From contig CAWILG010000033.1 of assembly GCA_963836765.1 (NCBI GenBank), forward strand, positions 186,494 through 250,493: a stretch of 64,000 nucleotides of DNA, in the 5' to 3' direction. Below, piece after piece: positions 60,047 through 64,000 of this stretch. Position 1 is the stretch's first letter. Each line of letters begins with the position of its first letter. The notes beneath the pieces were generated by a model. It ran no database searches and was not told where the DNA came from. It was given only the letters and a program-made list of their open reading frames with translations. The DNA is from an uncultured Alphaproteobacteria bacterium. GTDB taxonomy: Bacteria; Pseudomonadota; Alphaproteobacteria; Rhizobiales; Xanthobacteraceae. A program made the position numbers and the translations under genes.

Positions 60047-61288
60047 TCAGCGCGCTGTGCCGAGCGAACGCAGCACCGCTTCGCTCGGCCAGCAATCGAC
60101 CTTGAGGCCCGCGGACTTCTGGTAGGCCCCCAGGGCTGCGCGGGTCTGCATGCCCGCCTTGCCGTCCAGCTTGTCCTTGTAGAGACCGATCCGCGTCAGA
60201 TGGCGCTGCATGGCCTCTACATCCTTGGTCCGCATCTGCGACGACGCCGACCACGGGGTGGCGAACGGCAGCGGACTCGTCATGCGATCGCTGAGATGAC
60301 CGACGTACAACACATACAAATCCGAAAAATTATATTCCTTGATGACGAAGTAATTTTGCGTGGTCAGGAACGCCGGGCCGTAAACGCCCTCGGGCTGCAG
60401 CAGCGAGGCCGGCTGCGCCTGTTCGGCCGCGCTCAATTTCTGTTCGCGCACCGGCACGAAGCCCGCGCGCAGCCATTCGCCAAGCGGTTTTGTGACTTCC
60501 GGAACGCCCATCGTGCAGTCGACGTTGGCAGGCGCGCGTACTTCGTAGGCCCAGCGCACGTCCTTCTGCCATCCCTTGTTGACGAGCTGTTGCGCGGCGG
60601 AGGCCAGCGCATCCGGCACCGAATGCCAGATATCGACGCGGCCGTCGCCGTCGAGATCGACGCCGTGCTTGTAATATTCGGACGGCAGGAATTGCGTGTA
60701 GCCGGTGGCGCCGGCCCAGGAGGAGCGGAACTCCTTGCGAGTCACCGCGCCCTCGCCAAGGATTTTTAGCGCCAGGATGAATTCGGTGCGGTACTGATCC
60801 TTGCGGCGGCCGACAAAGGCCTGCGTCGCGACCACCCGCAGCGTGTCGTAGGGCAGCGTGTAACGGCCAAAGTCGGTCTCACGGCCCCAGATCGCGAGCA
60901 CGACCGACGCCGGCACGCCGAAGCGGGATTCGATTTGGGTCAACGCCGGGCGGTATTTCGCCATCAGCTTTTGCCCCTCGCCGGCCAGCCGCGCGATCGA
61001 GGCTTCCTTGATGTAATCCGCCGGCACCTGCACGAACTCGGCCTGCGACGGCGCGCCCGTCGGCGGCCGCCCCGGCAGGATCAGGTCGGGCAGTTTGTAG
61101 TCCGGCTCGAGCCCGCGGGTCTCCGTATCGAAGGTCGCGCGCGACACCCCGGCCGCTTGCGCCTCCGGCCAGAGCGAGGCGATGAACTGGGTGAAGGCAG
61201 CGTCGGCGGCGCGGGCGGGTGAATGGAGCACCAACACGACCCCCAGGACGCCCAGCCCGTCTTTCAAACGCGAAAATCCATATTGCAT
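60047..61288 (-). CDS. Lytic murein transglycosylase (MltB-like) with a PG-binding domain
   Basis: LAIWGRETDFG, SSWAGATGYTQFLPS, DLDGDGRVDIW, KLDGKAG. Confidence 0.92.
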   Translation of the reverse strand: MQYGFSRLKDGLGVLGVVLVLHSPARAADAAFTQFIASLWPEAQAAGVSRATFDTETRGLEPDYKLPDLILPGRPPTGAPSQAEFVQVPADYIKEASIARLAGEGQKLMAKYRPALTQIESRFGVPASVVLAIWGRETDFGRYTLPYDTLRVVATQAFVGRRKDQYRTEFILALKILGEGAVTRKEFRSSWAGATGYTQFLPSEYYKHGVDLDGDGRVDIWHSVPDALASAAQQLVNKGWQKDVRWAYEVRAPANVDCTMGVPEVTKPLGEWLRAGFVPVREQKLSAAEQAQPASLLQPEGVYGPAFLTTQNYFVIKEYNFSDLYVLYVGHLSDRMTSPLPFATPWSASSQMRTKDVEAMQRHLTRIGLYKDKLDGKAGMQTRAALGAYQKSAGLKVDCWPSEAVLRSLGTAR

Positions 61289-61324
61289 CGGCACACCTTT
61301 TTGTATATATCTATCATATACACA

Positions 61325-61624
61325 ATGATCGATTTTGACCAGATCACAGGCTTTGACTGGGACGATGGCAATAGCCGCAAGAGCGCGGACAAACACGGCG
61401 TCAGTCAGGCGGAAGCGGAGAGTATCTTCTTCAACGATCCTCTGATCGTTGTCGAGGATGCAAGGCATAGTGACGGCGAGCAACGTTTCAATGCCCTCGG
61501 GAAGACCACACTAAGCCGGCTGCTTCATATCACATTCACTCTCAGACAGAATGGAACCTTGATCCGCGTGATTTCGGCGCGAGACATGCACCGAAAGGAG
61601 AAGAAAGCGTATGAGCAAGCTTAA
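61325..61624 (+). CDS. brnT: BrnT family toxin
   Basis: FDWDDGNSRKSADKHGVS, IRVISAR. Confidence 0.92.
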   Translation: MIDFDQITGFDWDDGNSRKSADKHGVSQAEAESIFFNDPLIVVEDARHSDGEQRFNALGKTTLSRLLHITFTLRQNGTLIRVISARDMHRKEKKAYEQA

Positions 61625-61868
61625 ACCAATTCCCACCTTCAAAACAGAAGCCGAGGAACGGAAATTCTGGGAAACACACGACTCCACCGATTACGTCGAC
61701 TGGAGCAAGGCCGAGCGCGCGCGCTTTCCGAACCTGAAGCCCTCGACGACTGCAATTTCAATTCGTTTGCCGCTCGGTTTGCTCGAGCAGATCAAAATCG
61801 CCGCTAACAAACGCGACGTCCCGTATCAGTCGCTGATCAAGATGTGGTTGGCGGAGAAGGTGGGGTGA
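61611..61868 (+). CDS. brnA: BrnA/CopG family antitoxin
   Basis: EERKFWETHD, ISIRLP, VPYQSLIK; overlaps the toxin. Confidence 0.9.
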   Translation: MSKLKPIPTFKTEAEERKFWETHDSTDYVDWSKAERARFPNLKPSTTAISIRLPLGLLEQIKIAANKRDVPYQSLIKMWLAEKVG

Positions 61869-61936
61869 AGGGCAAGCGGCTTTCCGGTTCGCGGAGAGAG
61901 CCAAATGGCGTCACGGAAGGTCACTGGAGCAAAAAA

Positions 61937-62518
61937 ATGGATGAAGCCATGAGTTGGGCCAACAAGCAGGAAAAGCTTATAGAGGGTGACTACTATGATG
62001 GCTATTCGGCGCTTCGAAATCTCTTCAACCAGCTCGATCTAAAAAACGAACTGAACGTAATGGGAGCGGCCTATGCCGTTTACGGTTGGATGCCGACCAT
62101 CCTAAAAAAGGAACCAGATGCCGCAGAGCTGGTAAAGTTTGCGCGGAACTGGAAAAACAGCACTCGGAAAAAAGACGCCTTAGGCCAACTAAGAAAGCGA
62201 CCACATATTACGCAAGCTGTTAATGGCTCAACTGTCGGTACAAGCAAATTTCTGCATTTTGTTGCGCCGGAGATTTTCCCGATTTGGGATAGCAATATTG
62301 CGTTCGTGTTCAGGATCACTTCTAAAATCAACGACCCCGCCACATATCTTGACTATTGCGACGCGGTTCACCGTCGTCTCGACGATACAGCCAAGCCGAT
62401 CAACTGGCCCTCGGAACTCCAAGATTCGGAACTCCGAGACCTTGTGAAAATCTCTAACGTCCGCAAGATGGAGTTCTGCTTATACGCGTACGGCAAGAGG
62501 AGCAGATCGTCCACATGA
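61937..62518 (+). CDS. Uncharacterised protein with an HhH-like motif
   Basis: AT-rich ORF; YGWMPTIL and GTSKFLHFVAPEIFPIWDS. Confidence 0.65.
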   Translation: MDEAMSWANKQEKLIEGDYYDGYSALRNLFNQLDLKNELNVMGAAYAVYGWMPTILKKEPDAAELVKFARNWKNSTRKKDALGQLRKRPHITQAVNGSTVGTSKFLHFVAPEIFPIWDSNIAFVFRITSKINDPATYLDYCDAVHRRLDDTAKPINWPSELQDSELRDLVKISNVRKMEFCLYAYGKRSRSST

Positions 62519-62521
62519 GCC

Positions 62522-64000
<1,479 letters not shown>

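Overview
GC-rich alphaproteobacterial chromosome segment, most consistent with Bradyrhizobium/Nitrobacteraceae from gene content, repeat families and regulatory motifs. The core backbone has a TetR-linked molybdo-flavoenzyme operon, cell-envelope genes (extensin-like, DUF2147 pair, FecR-like, L,D-transpeptidase, two lytic transglycosylases), a membrane-lipid cluster (psd, class III aminotransferase, Mpo1-like protein, Pmt-type methyltransferase, Agt-like GT4), an OmpR/histidine kinase pair, a TPP riboswitch with thiO-thiS-thiG-thiE-thiC, a P450, bfd-bfr with Irr boxes, and the 3' part of ettA. Three accessory patches have atypical codon usage. (1) 11.6-17.4 kb: single cargo genes separated by a family of imperfect palindromes, plus an IS30 remnant, resembling a gene-cassette array. 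(2) 45.3-48.5 kb: genes wedged between GTAG-type REP doublets, next to a roughly 500-nt non-coding element with long G-U-containing helices, a candidate large structured RNA. (3) 61.3-62.5 kb: BrnT/BrnA plus an uncharacterised HhH-like gene. At least four palindromic repeat families are scattered through the window. Many conserved genes at 21-28.4 kb and 34.6-42.3 kb carry single-base indels that are most likely sequencing or assembly errors. All calls come from reading the sequence and recalled family motifs; no searches were run.
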